Shown in pieces: positions 27,601-42,600 of a stretch of 64,000 bases of DNA. The DNA lies in NCBI GenBank assembly GCA_037379345.1, contig CM074511.1:15686001-15750000 (forward strand), in the 5' to 3' direction. The translations under genes were made by a program, and so were the position numbers. The notes beneath the pieces were generated by a model that was not told the DNA's origin, ran no database searches, and saw only the letters and a program-made list of their open reading frames with translations. This DNA is from Perna viridis (lineage: Eukaryota). The stretch's first letter is position 1; each line of letters starts with the position of its first letter.

Positions 27601-30600
27601 AAATGTATGAAAAATTAGGTTTTTTATAGAGTTATCTGCCCTTGAAATGTTCATTTTCAGTGCATTTCAATGAAATTGTAACTCAATGGTCCAGCATAAT
27701 ATGGAAAATCTTGTTGGTTTTCCTTGATTCTGATGGTGCAAGTAGTTAAATTACACTATCAAAATGATACCATGTTTCTATCACAGCCTGATTCTTACAG
27801 GGGCTGACACTTAAGTATCTCAGGAAACTTCTGCCAATAAAAGTCAATAAGTAAATGGGAATTTATCTGTACTTCTCAAAAACAAACAGAACTCAAAAAT
27901 ATAGGGTTGTATATTCAGGTAATTGATGGCTGTTTCATTAAGCACTGATGAAAGATGGAAAATTGTTTCCACACTTTGTGAATTGATTGGTGAGAATCAA
28001 GGTGATTTGGCTAATTTGTGTGAAATCATCCAGAATAAACTATTAGTTATTTTTGTACCAGATGAGTCTGTTGAGAAGTTTTTGGTGGAAAATATAAAAG
28101 AATGATGTCTTCTGTAGCTGTTCTGTTGCCAGATTTTTAGCATTTTGTAAATATTTTCCTTTTTTTTCCTCAGAAATGTGTCATGGTCAGTTATATTATG
28201 ACCTGTATATCTGGCATTTCAGTACATTGTTATGCTTCCAGCATATAAATTTACAGCATTTTGAAGCATTTTCACTGGTTTACATGGTGTAATATGGTTG
28301 TAGGACTATGGAACTAAATATTCATGGCATTGTTCTTTTTACTATTTTTATATCTATGCCGTGTGTACAATCCCTCATTCCTTCCCGTTTTGTGATTATG
28401 AGTTTGGTAAATTTCTTATTACTTTTATTTGATCATGGAATACTGTAAACATATTAATTTTCTCAGTAGCTAATTCTTTTAAATTCTGTCAAGTGAACAT
28501 ATTCGCGGGTATCAATTTCTGGTGTTCAGAAATGATTAGCATTATATTGTATTAAAAATCAATTGCACTGGTTCTTTTTAAAGCTTTTCTGCACACCATG
28601 AAAATAGCAAAAACTAGTATTATGATTTAAAGTTCTTAGAATCCTGAATATAGCCATGTGGTATTTAATGAAGGGAAAACATTACAATGTATGGCATCAG
28701 AAACTCAAGCTATTAAAACTGTAGGGTGATTTTTTTAGGATATGCATTTAAAATGCCATATATCTTGTGAATCTGTGCCTCACTCAGAATATCCAAAACC
28801 TGCATCAATATTTTGAAAGGACCACCTGATAGATATGTTCTTTGAGGTGTGTTGTAGGGATTAAGATTCTTCAGAATTGATTGAACTTGAGAAATGTTTG
28901 AATGATATTTGGTCACTACCAACTGATGAGAACATCACTACAGAAAAAAAAACAATTTAGAGAGCTGCTGAGCCAGTCATGTAGAGTGGCAAAAAACTAC
29001 ATAAAAGTAAATGGTCATTTAGAATGCACCAAATTACCCTCCAAACATCAAAGTTTCATACAGTCATTGATATTTTTAAGTAGAAAAGTGCACTTGAAAT
29101 TTTGTTTTTGTTTTCATGGATCATTCAGTAAATTGATGTGCCATTTGTTGCCTTCAGTATGTAGTCTGTCATGACATAGTAACCAAATTACAACACCCTG
29201 GTACATATATAAATTATGTATCAGTTTACCAGATAGATTACCTTGTTTTGACCTCTTTTATTTTCTAATTATTGACAATTTTGTAAGCAAGAAAAAAATG
29301 TAAAAATAAATTGCTGTGAATTAGTCTCTTCATCATGGTATTTATGTTAGACACTGTATAAATTGTGAAATTAAAGCTATATCCTGCAGCAGGAAAAAAG
29401 TCTCCACAAATATAAGTTTTATATCAATTCTTCCTTTGATTTTTACTAGAATATTGGTTCTCTTGATTACTCTTTCTCCCTTTTGATGTGTGAAGATTAA
29501 AAAATGGAACACCAAAAAATTAGTTACAATGGATTTTATGCAAGTACTATTCAAATTTATGTTGTTCAATGCTTAGATGACAATCTTTTTTAAATATAAT
29601 TTGAATAGAGTAAATCCACTGTTTAATATCTTTTACTGATTTTTTTAAATTTTCTTGTAATCATTTTTTTGTTTTCATTATTTTATTTTATAATAATCCA
29701 ATGTTAATTTTGTACACATATGTTCATAAATTGGACATTATGGGGTAGTATTTATTAACTTTGTCATGTCCTAAAAGTGTAGTTTAAAAACTATTAGTGT
29801 CAATTTATAGATAATTTGAATGACTGTTGATTTATCTTTGATAACAAAAACTGGTTCCAAAAGTTCATTATTTTTTTTTTGCATCCAAATAATAAGATTT
29901 TATAACCCAAATACCGTTTTCTTCATAATTAAAATGTTGTATAACCTTATAGAATTTCAGTAGCATACAGGTCTCTTTTTCACTGATCAAAGGAACAGGA
30001 AGCGTGATCAAAATATTTCATTAATATTTCTATTGAACTTTCTACTTTAAATTTTAAAAAATCAAGGTTACTTCAGTTGTTGTAATTGGTCAATTCAGTT
30101 TGACCTCAAGAGCAGATAATGACAGTTCAAATATTGACAAAACACATTCAGAATGTGGCATTGATCCTAGATTGAGGCTCTAAAGGAGCAATAACATATA
30201 GTTTGTTTACTTAAATTGAGGTTCTGGAAGGGAGTATTATTCGGTTTATTTATTTAAATTAACTACCGTTTCCTGCCTTTGCACATGTCATTCTGTTTGT
30301 TTACATGGCATTTTGTTTATTTTTATAGATTCTAAAGTAAATATATATAACCCCAGAACATCAGTCTTCTATCATATATGTTAGGATGAAGTTGAAGTGG
30401 AGGTTAGCTAAGATATTTTTTGGATACGGGTGATATTTTCTTGTCTTTGGTAGATTTTGTACTTAATTATTTTCTGTTGTGGGTCATTAGGTATATATAA
30501 TTTGAATACTTAGATTTTTGTTTTAGAAATTAGCTTAAATAAGATATAAATTTATTCTCTAAAACCTTATTATACAAAATGTGCAATGTATAATAATGAA

Positions 30601-33600
30601 AACTATTTGTAGATTAACAATAATAGAATTTTATTTTGGAAATTAAATCTAAAAATTAGAAATGAACTATTTTTGCTTAAAAAATTATTAATTATTAGAA
30701 AAGTGTGATCTTTGTGATGAAAATATAGATCATAACATTTTTACAAAGTTAAAGTATGCTGAACAGTTTATATGTGCTGGGACCTTTTTCTAATCAGAAT
30801 TCCTCCTCAAGTTCAATTCTTTTTGCAAAATAAATGGACATGGTAACTTTCTGCTATTATTCTTTATACTTATAACCCTTTTTAATTTTTCTGTCCATAT
30901 TGATTAACTGAAGGGTCCTTATGATTTTCTGGACTAGTTAATGACTAGAGAAAATATGTACCCAGTAAAGAAAAAAACTTCCTCAATCATAAATATGTTC
31001 TTTTTTGTTCCAAACATGAGAAAGATTCAGTGCAAATGTCTCAGTAATGTTATTTCTTTGTTTTTTTTTTCATCCTGCAGTTATATTTAACACAATGGCT
31101 CTTTTGTACTACAATTAACAAACAGGAAATCTCAGTGATTATTATCAATAGTAAAAATCTGTAATCTTTTGTTATTTTTCTATCACTGGCAGTCCTGGGT
31201 CAATTATGCATTGATAAAGCTAAACAGTTATAGATTCTTGTTGAAATCCCCTATAGCAATTCTAACACCTTACTTAGGTAATCAGTCTGGGTCTTACTGT
31301 AGTGGCTGTAATTATCTTCCCTTTAAATACAAGTTAGCAAAAGCATCGGAAACTTTTATTTATCAGTTTGATTTAGGTCGTGTGTATAGCGTCACAATTT
31401 GAATTTTTTGATTTTTTAAATGGACAACTTGACATGATTTATATGGTAATCATGTGGTTATTGTTCGTTTTCATTTAATTGGCTTTTTTCGTGGATACAA
31501 GTTATCTTTTTGTATGGGATATATTGTGCTACTGTGTTAACTACAATATATAAGCTTTTTGTGTTGTTCATACCAAAATATAATGGTGCAGGAAAAACTT
31601 AGAAGGTCCTTTAGTTGTTCTTTTCATCAGAGGCCAAAGAGTTTGAAAAAGCAGAGGTTTTCAAGGTAATTTATTTTTTTTCTTATATTTTTTTATTCTT
31701 ATTTGAATTAGAAATAAAATGAACAAAGTCTAGTTTGTGTTCTAATTATATAAGACATTAGTTTATTTTAAACTGATTTTTCTGTAATGATCCATTTATA
31801 AATTAAGAACTACTACTAAGAGGGTTTTAACATCCTTGACTACTCTTACAAGTCTTGTAAGGACGGCCCAATTATGAGGGCTTTATAATAGTTATTTTTG
31901 AATTTTAACTATAGTTAAAGTTCTCTAATTAAGAACCAAACAAAGGAAATTTTATACCATCCTTAATGTTGGTGCTGTGTAAGCCTATTGAGTTTTATAC
32001 CATCCTTAATGTTGGTGCTGTGTAAGCCTATTGAGTTTTATACCATCCTTAATGTTGGTGCTGTGTAAGCCTATTGGCTTGTTTGTTGAAACTATGTTTT
32101 TTTTTTATTTCTTTCTCCATGGCTTTGATAAATTTATCTGGATATATGAATTTAGAAGGGACTTCTACCAAAACTTCATTAATGTTTCTTTTTTGTTGGG
32201 GTAGAATATTTATTCCCCCACATTATGAGTGGGTTGTATATTTGAAACATTTAGTCAATTCATCCATCCAAATCTCATATCAGTTTTCTCAGCTCCAAAG
32301 TGGTGGATTGATTTCAAATTATACAGATGAGGCATACACGAACAGCTATTTTGGTTGCCAATATCAACTTCCTGTTCCATGTTGTAACTACCTTTGGTGG
32401 CTGTCAGAGATCAACATCCTATTTTATACTGCAACCATTCTATTTGAGCAGTGACACAATGCATTGACCTTTTATTTACAAGTGATATACAGTCACTGAC
32501 TGAATATATCTTACTGTTGTGCCATCACAAATATTGCTTTTCTTTCTTAAATCTTTGGGGTTTTTTTTTAATTTTTTTTTTAGTATAAAGATAATATCAG
32601 TGCTCTGACATGACAAAAACTTTGATGTACAAATTCAGCTCAAACCTACAAAAATGATTGGCACAGCATCACATTTTTCCCTGGCTCTAAACCTGATCCA
32701 TATCAGTTTTTTGTCAATTCTATGCACTGTTATTGTCTATTTGTATGACTTAGCCATTTTTTACTATATTGAATGATTAAGAAGTATATTTGTCTCCTAA
32801 ATCTCATATTCAACTGGACCAATTGATTTGAAATTTGGTATAAGACTTTATACAGATGAGGCATATTTTGAAATCGATTTTGGTGACTGTCCAATGTCAC
32901 TTTTCTGTATCATAGAATTGCCATACCTAGAATGGCAAAGCATACAGCTTCATGAATCCTTGTCATTTCAATGCTTGTTTAGAAATTTCTGCTTTTGAAT
33001 TTATCTAGGAATGGAGATTGAAGTTAAGGTTAAGGTATACTATTTGTTCTGATTTATTTAGGATTTTTTTTGCACTGTTAAAAAAGATGTTTCTTGCAAA
33101 GGATGGTCTGACAGTAAACTTCCTGTGATGAAACTTACTGTTTAATTTGTAAATGAAAGTAAATGAAGCATCAATCATGATAAATTTTAACATAAAACAT
33201 ATTTTAGAAATATGACATACATTGTATGTGAGCCAAGTTGTTGAGTTTGACCATGTGATGGTAATTATTTGAAGAGGATGTCGATTTTGAATGCTTGCCA
33301 ATTTGCTGAAAATTTGATGTAATAATTCAAAATTACTATCAATTTTCCATACAACACAATTACAATATATATTGTGGGGAATTTGGAAGGTAAATATTAG
33401 GTATCCAGGATTGCAATACACAACACACAATCTTAAAAAATGAAATGAAATCAAAGACAATTCTTGAAAATTTACCAATATATTTCTATTCACAGTTTGA
33501 CTTTGAAGATGGTAAATCTTTTCCTTCTTTTGATGTATCAAATCATTCTACCAATTATTGTCTCAATTTACTGCACAAAGCTGTATTTACTGTAGACACT

Positions 33601-36600
33601 TAAAATAAATTGATTTCATGCTTTCATGCAAAATATTCATGCAGTACTGCATGTCAGCTGATCTAGTTTATTGTTCAGCTATTAAAATTGAAGGTCATTT
33701 TATTGTTTTGTGATAAGTGAAACCTATCTATACCAACTCCATGTTTAGGGATACATGTACATTGTAAAATTGTATAAGGATTTGCTCGGTTTCATAATGT
33801 GCTTGACCCAAAATGAAACGGACTTCAGGAGTTGCATTTTCAAACATTGTTCAATCTTTATCAGAAATCATTCTTCATTCATGAAATTAAAAAAAAAATC
33901 ATTGTTGTGTTTATATTCTACTTGACAAAAGTTATGGCATTTTTATTGATATGACATCTTATATAAACATTGATGTTAGTCTTGAAAACTAAAAGGTCTT
34001 GGTGATCTTATTGTTATTTTCTCAGCAACTGAACTAAATTAAATTTTGTTGAAGAATAATTAATTGTGAATGTGTACATACACATTTACACCAAGACTTG
34101 CATTTCAAGATGTCATCAATTCTTTCTGATTTATTTTCAAATGAATGTCAGAAACAAAAGAAATAAGGATGTATAATAAGGTAGCTTTACTTTATGCTCA
34201 CTATTTAATGTTTACTTAATGAGAAAGAATTTCTTTTGTTTATATTTTCTTACATAATGTTTACAAACTTCAAAGAAAACTCATCCAGGAAAAATTGATT
34301 TTTATGAAACTTCACACCTTTGTTCTAGGCAATTTGCAGTCATAAAGTTATAGAAAAGATTTCTGATTTACAAGTTAACATGCATATAAAAATAGAGGCA
34401 CTTCAAAAGAATTTAAAATAACATGAAAAAACAGAAGTTTTTAATTGATAAAACAAGATAATGAACTTTCCCTAAGGGCAAGGAACTCACTGTGCCCCTC
34501 CACTGGGGGTCCTTAGCATGTGTTTGATGTATACTACTAGCAGGAAGATAAGTTTATTTCCTTTAATTACTCTTTAGACTGGCTCAGTTCTTTAGGAACA
34601 GCTAATTTTTACATCAGTCTGTGAATCAGTTTACAACAGTGTTGCATAAAGCAGTAAAAAGTTGGCTTTGTGAATTGACTAATTAATTAATAAATTAGAC
34701 TTGGATTTGATTGTGGATTTCAAAAATGACAGTTGTTGCAAAACCATAATTGTGCAGCTGAAATAAGAATATTTTTTATTGAAATTTAAAGAGCAGTGAA
34801 AAAAACGAAGTTGAAGGAATGTTGTTTATGATAAAGGTACGTCAGGATTTATGATTTTGTCATTGGGGATGACATCATGGACCATTCACCTGACGGAACC
34901 GACCATATTGATTACACAAAAATTTCTGACTGATTTGTTGACAATTTATTTACCAGAGGAATATATCTACCTAATTTTGCATAATGTGTGTATATTTATT
35001 TACCCAAAGTTTGACAAGTTTATGCCACAGGAATTTCTAGGGAAAAGTTAACAAGCCCTTCAGTGTACCAAATAATTAATGGAATTAAAATTGCATTCTA
35101 AATCACAGTGGTTCTAATGCTGGAACCCTACAGAAAGAATTCATTACTTCGAATTGTTCAGCTTATTTCAGTGTGGCTATTATAAGTTTATTGTGAAAGG
35201 ACTGCTGTCTGTTATAAGGTTATTGATGCAAAATAAGTGAACAATTACCCTGACCACTTGATTGCTGGATGATTTGGTCACTTAATTAGTATTTCATTCC
35301 ATTCAGTGTCTATTGTTCTTAACGCTGCTGATTGGTACTGGTTATATTTTATGGATTTATGAAAGACTTACTTATAGTTAAAGGTTTAGGTAGTTTGAAG
35401 ATGATTACACTTTTGATATAGGCTTTGAGATTGAGGGCACTGGGAGTCCATGTACTTGGAATTAAGATATTTGTGAGCTGTGGCATTTCTATGGCCTCCG
35501 TGGAGTAAAACAACGCATGAAGACATTGGGAATTAGTCTCCTTATCCAAGATCTGTGAATTTTCTATTGATTTTAGGTAATTTGAAGATAATCTTATCTG
35601 CAATGGAGTTGAAAGATGCAGTTCTTTCAATGGATTTTTAACATTGTCAATACATTTTGTATTAATTTGAAATATTATTTTAATTAATGAGGATACAAAG
35701 TTAATATTAAAAAATGAAATTTTTCAACAGACTGTTGGAGCGTGTGCAGTCAGAGCCAACACTGAAGGACACTGGTTCACAGTTTATTGTTTCTGTGACC
35801 AATTTGTTAGAAAAACTTCTGGACTACAGGTAAGTCTACTCTTAACAGATCTTTATGTGTATTATTATAAGGTATAAACTCTGTGGTTTGATGGAAGTTT
35901 TTAGTTTGCTTTGTATTAGATATATGGATTTTTAGTCAATGAAAATTTTTTTTGAAAAATATAAAAAGGGGAATTTCTCTAACAGGTTATCCAAATAATC
36001 ATGAAAGTTAACAAATAAACAATCTTAACTTTTCTAACAACCTGCTATATTTCTGAATTCTTGTCATCAACATTGAAGACATATTATTTTTCAGTTTGTT
36101 GTTCTATCACATCTCAGGTGTATGTATGCATTCAATCTCTATAAATCCTTACCTTAGAAGGTACAAAGAAGGCCGTCCATCTGTCCATAACTCTGATATA
36201 AACACTCTATATTCAAAACTTTTATAATGGATTGTATACAAACTTGATACACACATGAATATAGTCCTTATCTTTTGAAATAAAGAAACAAGAACATGCT
36301 TTAACAATAGTGAAGAACTTACCGGTACTTGAACTGGTCAGATTCATTTTCCTTTTAGGAATTGGTATTTAGGATGACAAGGTTAAAGCTGTAGGACATA
36401 AGGGCATTGCTGCAATGTTTCCTGTTAAAGGCCATAGCCAGGGAGTGCATATGAATTCCCTATACAATTAAAAAAGCTGTTGAATTTTGTGCATGATATT
36501 AGTAAATTGCTTTAACATGGGGGCTTCTGCATCACCTTGACTGCTTGCCGTTATTTTATGCACCCCCAATTAAAAATCCAGGTTACAATCGTGGTGTTTG

Positions 36601-39600
36601 GCATTGTTTTCAACTTGGTCACATCATTATAAAACTTAATATATATATATGAACACTGACTTTTAAGAATATTTGCCTTGTTTAAGGATCACCTTGGTGT
36701 TCTTAGGGTATCATGCTCATCTTGAGTGCTGGAGGTTGGCGGACAATCCCGGATGAGTCTCACCTAGTCTTTATAATTGTTAGTCACTGCTTCTCTGCCA
36801 AGCACACCTAAGAAGGGGATAGAGTGACCACTGGTTGGCTCAAAGTCAGAATAATATATCAGAGTTGGGGGACATGTCTACCTGTGGGCTGTTGCTTCTG
36901 TGAGCTAGCACTCTTAAGATCCAGCTCAGCTTTTTGGACTAGTACTAGTACAAAGCAGGGTCTGTTCGATTGGTCAATTGTTCTCTCCTGAAATGCATGA
37001 AATATCTGTCATATGACGTTAAACAGTAATCATTCAATCCTTGTTTTGGATCTAACCAGTAGGTTCATAGTTATTAGTGCTTAGACATTTTCTTTTTCCT
37101 TTATTTCTAAAATTATTTAACATATATGTGCTTTTAGGTTAAGCTATTTCCTACTCATTAGATCACAGATTTTTATAAGTGCATGGAATGATATTTGCAC
37201 CTGTATTTAATACAAAATTACTCAAAGGCAACAAACTCAAACAGAACTAATAGCAAAAGGGAGAATTTTGTACATACAAACATTCATAATTAGGGAACAT
37301 GAAAACTTGCCTTTAAGGAATATTTTGACTTGAATCATAACATGACAAGAAATGTGTAGGAATACTGAAAATACATTAAAACTATATTTCTATGGTGAAG
37401 AATGACAATTTTCATATGTAAGAAATCTGATGAGCCTTTATAAAATGTGCAACTGAAGGAAAATGACAAACAGAATTAGCACACACATACAAACAAAAAT
37501 GCAAATGGCATATTTGATTCCATCTGCATTATATTGTATGAAATTAAATGCCAGATTAACATACAGAACTTGTAAACAGCACAGGCATTTGAGAAATCTA
37601 TGGATAAAATCCAAACATATCTGGTTAATTGATGGAAGCATCTCCAGATCACATTAAATGGTTCATGTTTAGTAAATTACATCTCTGAAGAATAACTGTG
37701 GTATAAGTACTGACAGACATTACATTTAATTGTAAGCTGTTACATCTGTCAAAATTAATTCCATGTGTTTTAATGGGGGTCAAATTACTTCAAATTTTCC
37801 TCAAAATACTTGATGATAACTAATTTTATGATATTGTTGAAGGATATTGCTATTATTCAAAACTCATTGATAGGATTATTATTGGTTTTGAAACAAAAGA
37901 ATTTATTTCCTTGATAGCACTATGAATTTGAAACCAACAGATGTATTTGAGAAGAAGAGCATTCAGGTAGTCTGATAACTTCCATGTATTTTAATCCTTG
38001 GTCAACTTTCGGTATTTGTTATTCAATATTTCTGGTTTACCTACCACAGAAATTTCTGTTGGTACTACATCAGTATCAACTTGGAAATAATTGTGACAAA
38101 ACTTGAATAAAAATACTGAATGTGAAATCTGATTTTGTGTTGTAACAAAGCTGATTCTGTTTATACTGGTGAAATGTGTTAAAAATTTCACAGCTACATT
38201 AAACAATGCAAATTATGTCCATTAAAATGATAGGTTTAATTTCACAAAAATACTCTATGCATTTTAAAAATAGGCTGTAAACACAAAAAACTGATTTAAA
38301 TAACTGCTAGTGAAATGGTTCACTTCATGAAATAGAGTGATAATATTTGGTTGTATGACTTTAACCTGAACATTTCAATCAAGGGAAGTTCAACTTTTCG
38401 CTAAAGTTAACTATTCCTTGGGCTATTTAACTCCCTGAAATAATTTTATAGTGAAAACATCTTTCCAAAATGTGCACATTTATTCTACCTATCAATGCTA
38501 AATCCCTTACGTACAATAATGATATAAATTAGTGTACCTGCTGAGATAAACTATAGTTAATAGATATAATTATACAGATGGGAGAAAAGTCATATTGACA
38601 TGAGATATTGTTATTTTTCATGAACATGATGATGATATCTGCGTGCAATGATATGAGAATTGAGTTATTATTATTATTATTATTTTTTTTTTGAAAGAAA
38701 TATTGAACATTTTTTTCTTTGGTTTTTATACCCCAACACATGAAGTAGCAAGGTACTATGTGAAGTTTTGTGTCTATCCCCTAATGGTTTCCAGATGATA
38801 ACTTGGAAATGTATTAGTTAATTTTCAAAACTTTGCACAGTTTTTTTCAGTACCATAAAATTTAGTTATGTTCAATTTTAAGCCAAATCCTAAATTTAGT
38901 TCTCAGAGTGTTAAATTTTTTTTCTATCTTCCTTTGTTTCACCACTATATGACTTTGGTACTCCAGAGGGTCATCCATCTTGAAAATTCTCAAAAAAAAA
39001 ATATTTCTGCCAATTTTTGTGTATCTGCTTATGTAACTGGATTTTAGAGTACATATGTTACTAGGACCCTAGCTTTAGATCATGTTCCAGTAATTCACCT
39101 TGAAATGGACTCTAAAAATGGATTTTTAATCATTTGTTTTTGATAAAACTTGACAATGATGTGTTCTGTTTATTTTCCAGACAAGTCATCGATGGCGATG
39201 AGAACAGAGATAAACGGATGCAGTGTACTTTTAACATACTTGTAAGTAAATGTTCTATGCATCAATGCCCTTATTTTACATTTATGTTCGTTTTTCTATG
39301 TTGATCTCCTAAGAGAACTATTTCCTGTTCTTTTTTGCACCACCGTGAAACTGTCTACTCTAAATCCCATTCAGGCAGAAAGATTCCTTGGCTGTAGGTA
39401 CTTGTTTGGTATACACACATTCAATGTGGATGATTGAAAGGGATTTCAGAAGATTTCCATGGTTGTATAAACAATTTCTAGTCACATAAGACACAAGTGA
39501 AATCCAGTGGCCAGGATGTGATTCCATTTAGGCTTGGAGTTTGTATTTTATAGAGGAGCTGTGAAGCCAAGATTGTGTATTTATATAGTTACGAAGCCAA

Positions 39601-42600
39601 GCCTGAGTAAAATTTTGAGTACACTATATTAAAGGACAAGACATCTGTAATAGGAAAAGCAATAAACTCAAACATCAATCTCAGACTCCAATCAGAGACT
39701 CCATGGTGCCTTTGTCTAGTCTGTGTAATAAAAATCTGTAAAGGAAGCCAAAAAAATTGAAAGTTTACACTATTTCTATTGTCTATTGTCATTAACAGAG
39801 TAATCATATTCCACATATAGCCTAAGTATGGTTTTCATATTTCTTTTAGCTGATTTTAAGACATGAATTTGACCTTTTATTTCTAACATTATTCTGGTCA
39901 TTTGATAATTTGACATCCATTTATCTAAATAGATTGATGAATTAAGTCTTTCACCTTTAATCAGTTCTGAAGGGATAATTGTGGAATTATTTTCCAATGG
40001 AGATCATCTGAACTAGTGTAAAAGTGTTTATAGTTATACCAGTAGTCAATAAGTGTGCATTTTTTAAAGAATTGTAAATTGTCTGTAGCTATTACTGTAG
40101 ATGATGTATGAAGAACATCAAAGCATCGACAGACATCTGGATTATAAAATCTACTGCAGAAAAACTGCTCCATGTTAATTACCTGTTTTCTTATCAGTGC
40201 ATTTAATAAATTACAAATAATAATTCTCTGACAAGGAGAAATAACTATGAAATCTGTAAGTCATAGACATAAGAACTCATTAACATTATCTTCAATTAAA
40301 GTTACAGTTGTATATTTAAGTTTGTATGAGTAAAAATTGGCATAGGAAAATAAAAAATATATGACTGGTATTATTATGGATATATACCCTAAATGTCATT
40401 AAGAGGCTAAACAAATTTTATTTAGGAAAAATAACAGATTCATTAAGAGGGAAACATGTTATTAATGAGGAATGATACCAATGATAGGATTGGAATCAAG
40501 CCTCAGCCATTCTACAACCTGGTGTCTAACTGACTTGTTTCCTTTAGTTAGACAATAAAAAATATTTTGAAGGGGGAACATTGTTAAATCCAGTTTGTTA
40601 TGGAGTGCATCTTTGTCACATCCTAAAAACTTACACCCCATTCAAGTTTAGTTATCTCTGAAAATGTTTACCCCCAATCCCCTTTCTTGCTTTGACAAAG
40701 CTATCCTACACATATATTTCCTTCTTTACTCTTTCTGTACATTCCTGGCCTATTCACATGGCTATCACTGAATCCTTAGATGTTGATAGTAGTCAACTGA
40801 TTGTTGGTATTGAAGTCTTCAGTACTCTTTAATTAGCAGGTAAATTTGTGGAAGTTAAAACATTTACACCTGTTACTTTGGTAAAAGATAAGATAACTGT
40901 AATGTTTGTATCCTGTCAGTCAGATGTTTAATTAACCATGTACTTCATCTGTTGTTCTCTAGTGAACCCATAACAGTCAGAGATATTTGGAAATCCTGTG
41001 AATGAAAGATTATGTTTTGGAGGGAATAGTTGTTTTACAACAAGTCAACATACTTGCCAACATTTTAAAATGTCCATGGGGTAAAATAGCCCATAGGGCT
41101 TTCTATTTCATTAAAGTGTTTTCTGGCTTTTTATGACACTGCAAATCTAATGCACCACTTATTTGAATCTTTGGTTGAATTATGATCAATTTTGCTCCTT
41201 CAAAATTTAGATTTTTGAGCTTTCACAGAATAAATCTTCCTTGAATAGAGACATTTTGCAGGTATGCTTGAAGTATTATTTTAATTCACCCTTTTTTGTC
41301 GAGATCAGGCATATATGTTCAACAAAATTTTAGATCAATTAGAATAAAAATTCTGTTTCCATAATATTTTGTTAGGAAAGTACAGCTCTTAAATTGTATT
41401 TTCTTGTACTACCCTTTCTTAAAATAGATTGCAGCCTGACCTGTGGCGTGGGGGTTTCCACGTAGTTCATTGAAGACCAGTGGATGGCCATGGGCTAACA
41501 TTTTCATCCTGATGGGGTTGTTGTATCTTTGACATATGCACAATACCTATTCTTGTTATATTTAATGTATGACAATATAAAATATTTCTTAATTAAGTTC
41601 CAGGTTAATAAAAGACATGTAAAAAGTCAGTAAATATAAAAATCAATGATTGAATTGAAAAAAAATTATGTTTATTGATTAGTTTTTTTCATCATCATGA
41701 TGAATATCTATTGATTTTACTGATCATTATTCTTCAAGCAAGTTACGACTCATATATAAATGATCTAATACACAGGTGTGATATCAGCATCCTCATAATA
41801 ACTAGTTACATACTGATGTCATTTTTATTTATTGTAAATCCCATATGAAGTCACTTTTGAATCAGTAACATTCCAAACCTCATGGTTTGGTTTGTGTAGC
41901 TAGTACTATGCACTATTTGGTTCATCAAATATTCTTCTCTTCAACTTTCGGTAAATTTCAGCACTTATTGAATTTTGATTTTTTCAAACTTCAGAATTTC
42001 TACAGAGAGAACAAGGATAAGAGGCGTGAGATGTACACACAGTATATTAAGAAACTATACGATCTTCACAGCTCGTCCAGGAATTACGTAGAGGCTGGAC
42101 TGACACTACAGTTATATGTTCAGCTCCTTGAATGGAAGAACGAACAGATACACAGTGAAATGGGATGTCCTCCAGAACTACAGTGTGAAAGGAAGGAAAA
42201 GTTATTGAAAGAAATTATTGAATGTTTTGATAGAGGAAAGGTAAATATATCCATATTAAAATATTTTCCGCTGTATTCTTCTACAAAAATATCACAGTGT
42301 CATGAAAATGTATTTTTGATTATTGTTTGATTATCCATAAAAATTACAGCAAAAAGCCCAGGCATTATAACCAAATCTAATTAATGGTAACTAAGTGCTA
42401 TTTTCTTGATGTCAAAATTCATACCAGAAATGCCTTATATCTATTTTAAGAATAGTTTAGACATATAATGTGATGCTACTTTTCCATTGTTTCAAAATTA
42501 ATTGTTTACTGTAAATCCAAAATGAATTTCACTTATTTATTGTTCATATCTTCTGTACTGTTTCGACTACTAGTTTTACTGATTTTGAATGGTGGCAATT

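Noticed and set aside
37941-37966. ATG mini-exon MYLRRRAF in phase 2 with exon 39181
   Set aside because: Only 26 nt with a weak gtagtc donor; plausible by chance.
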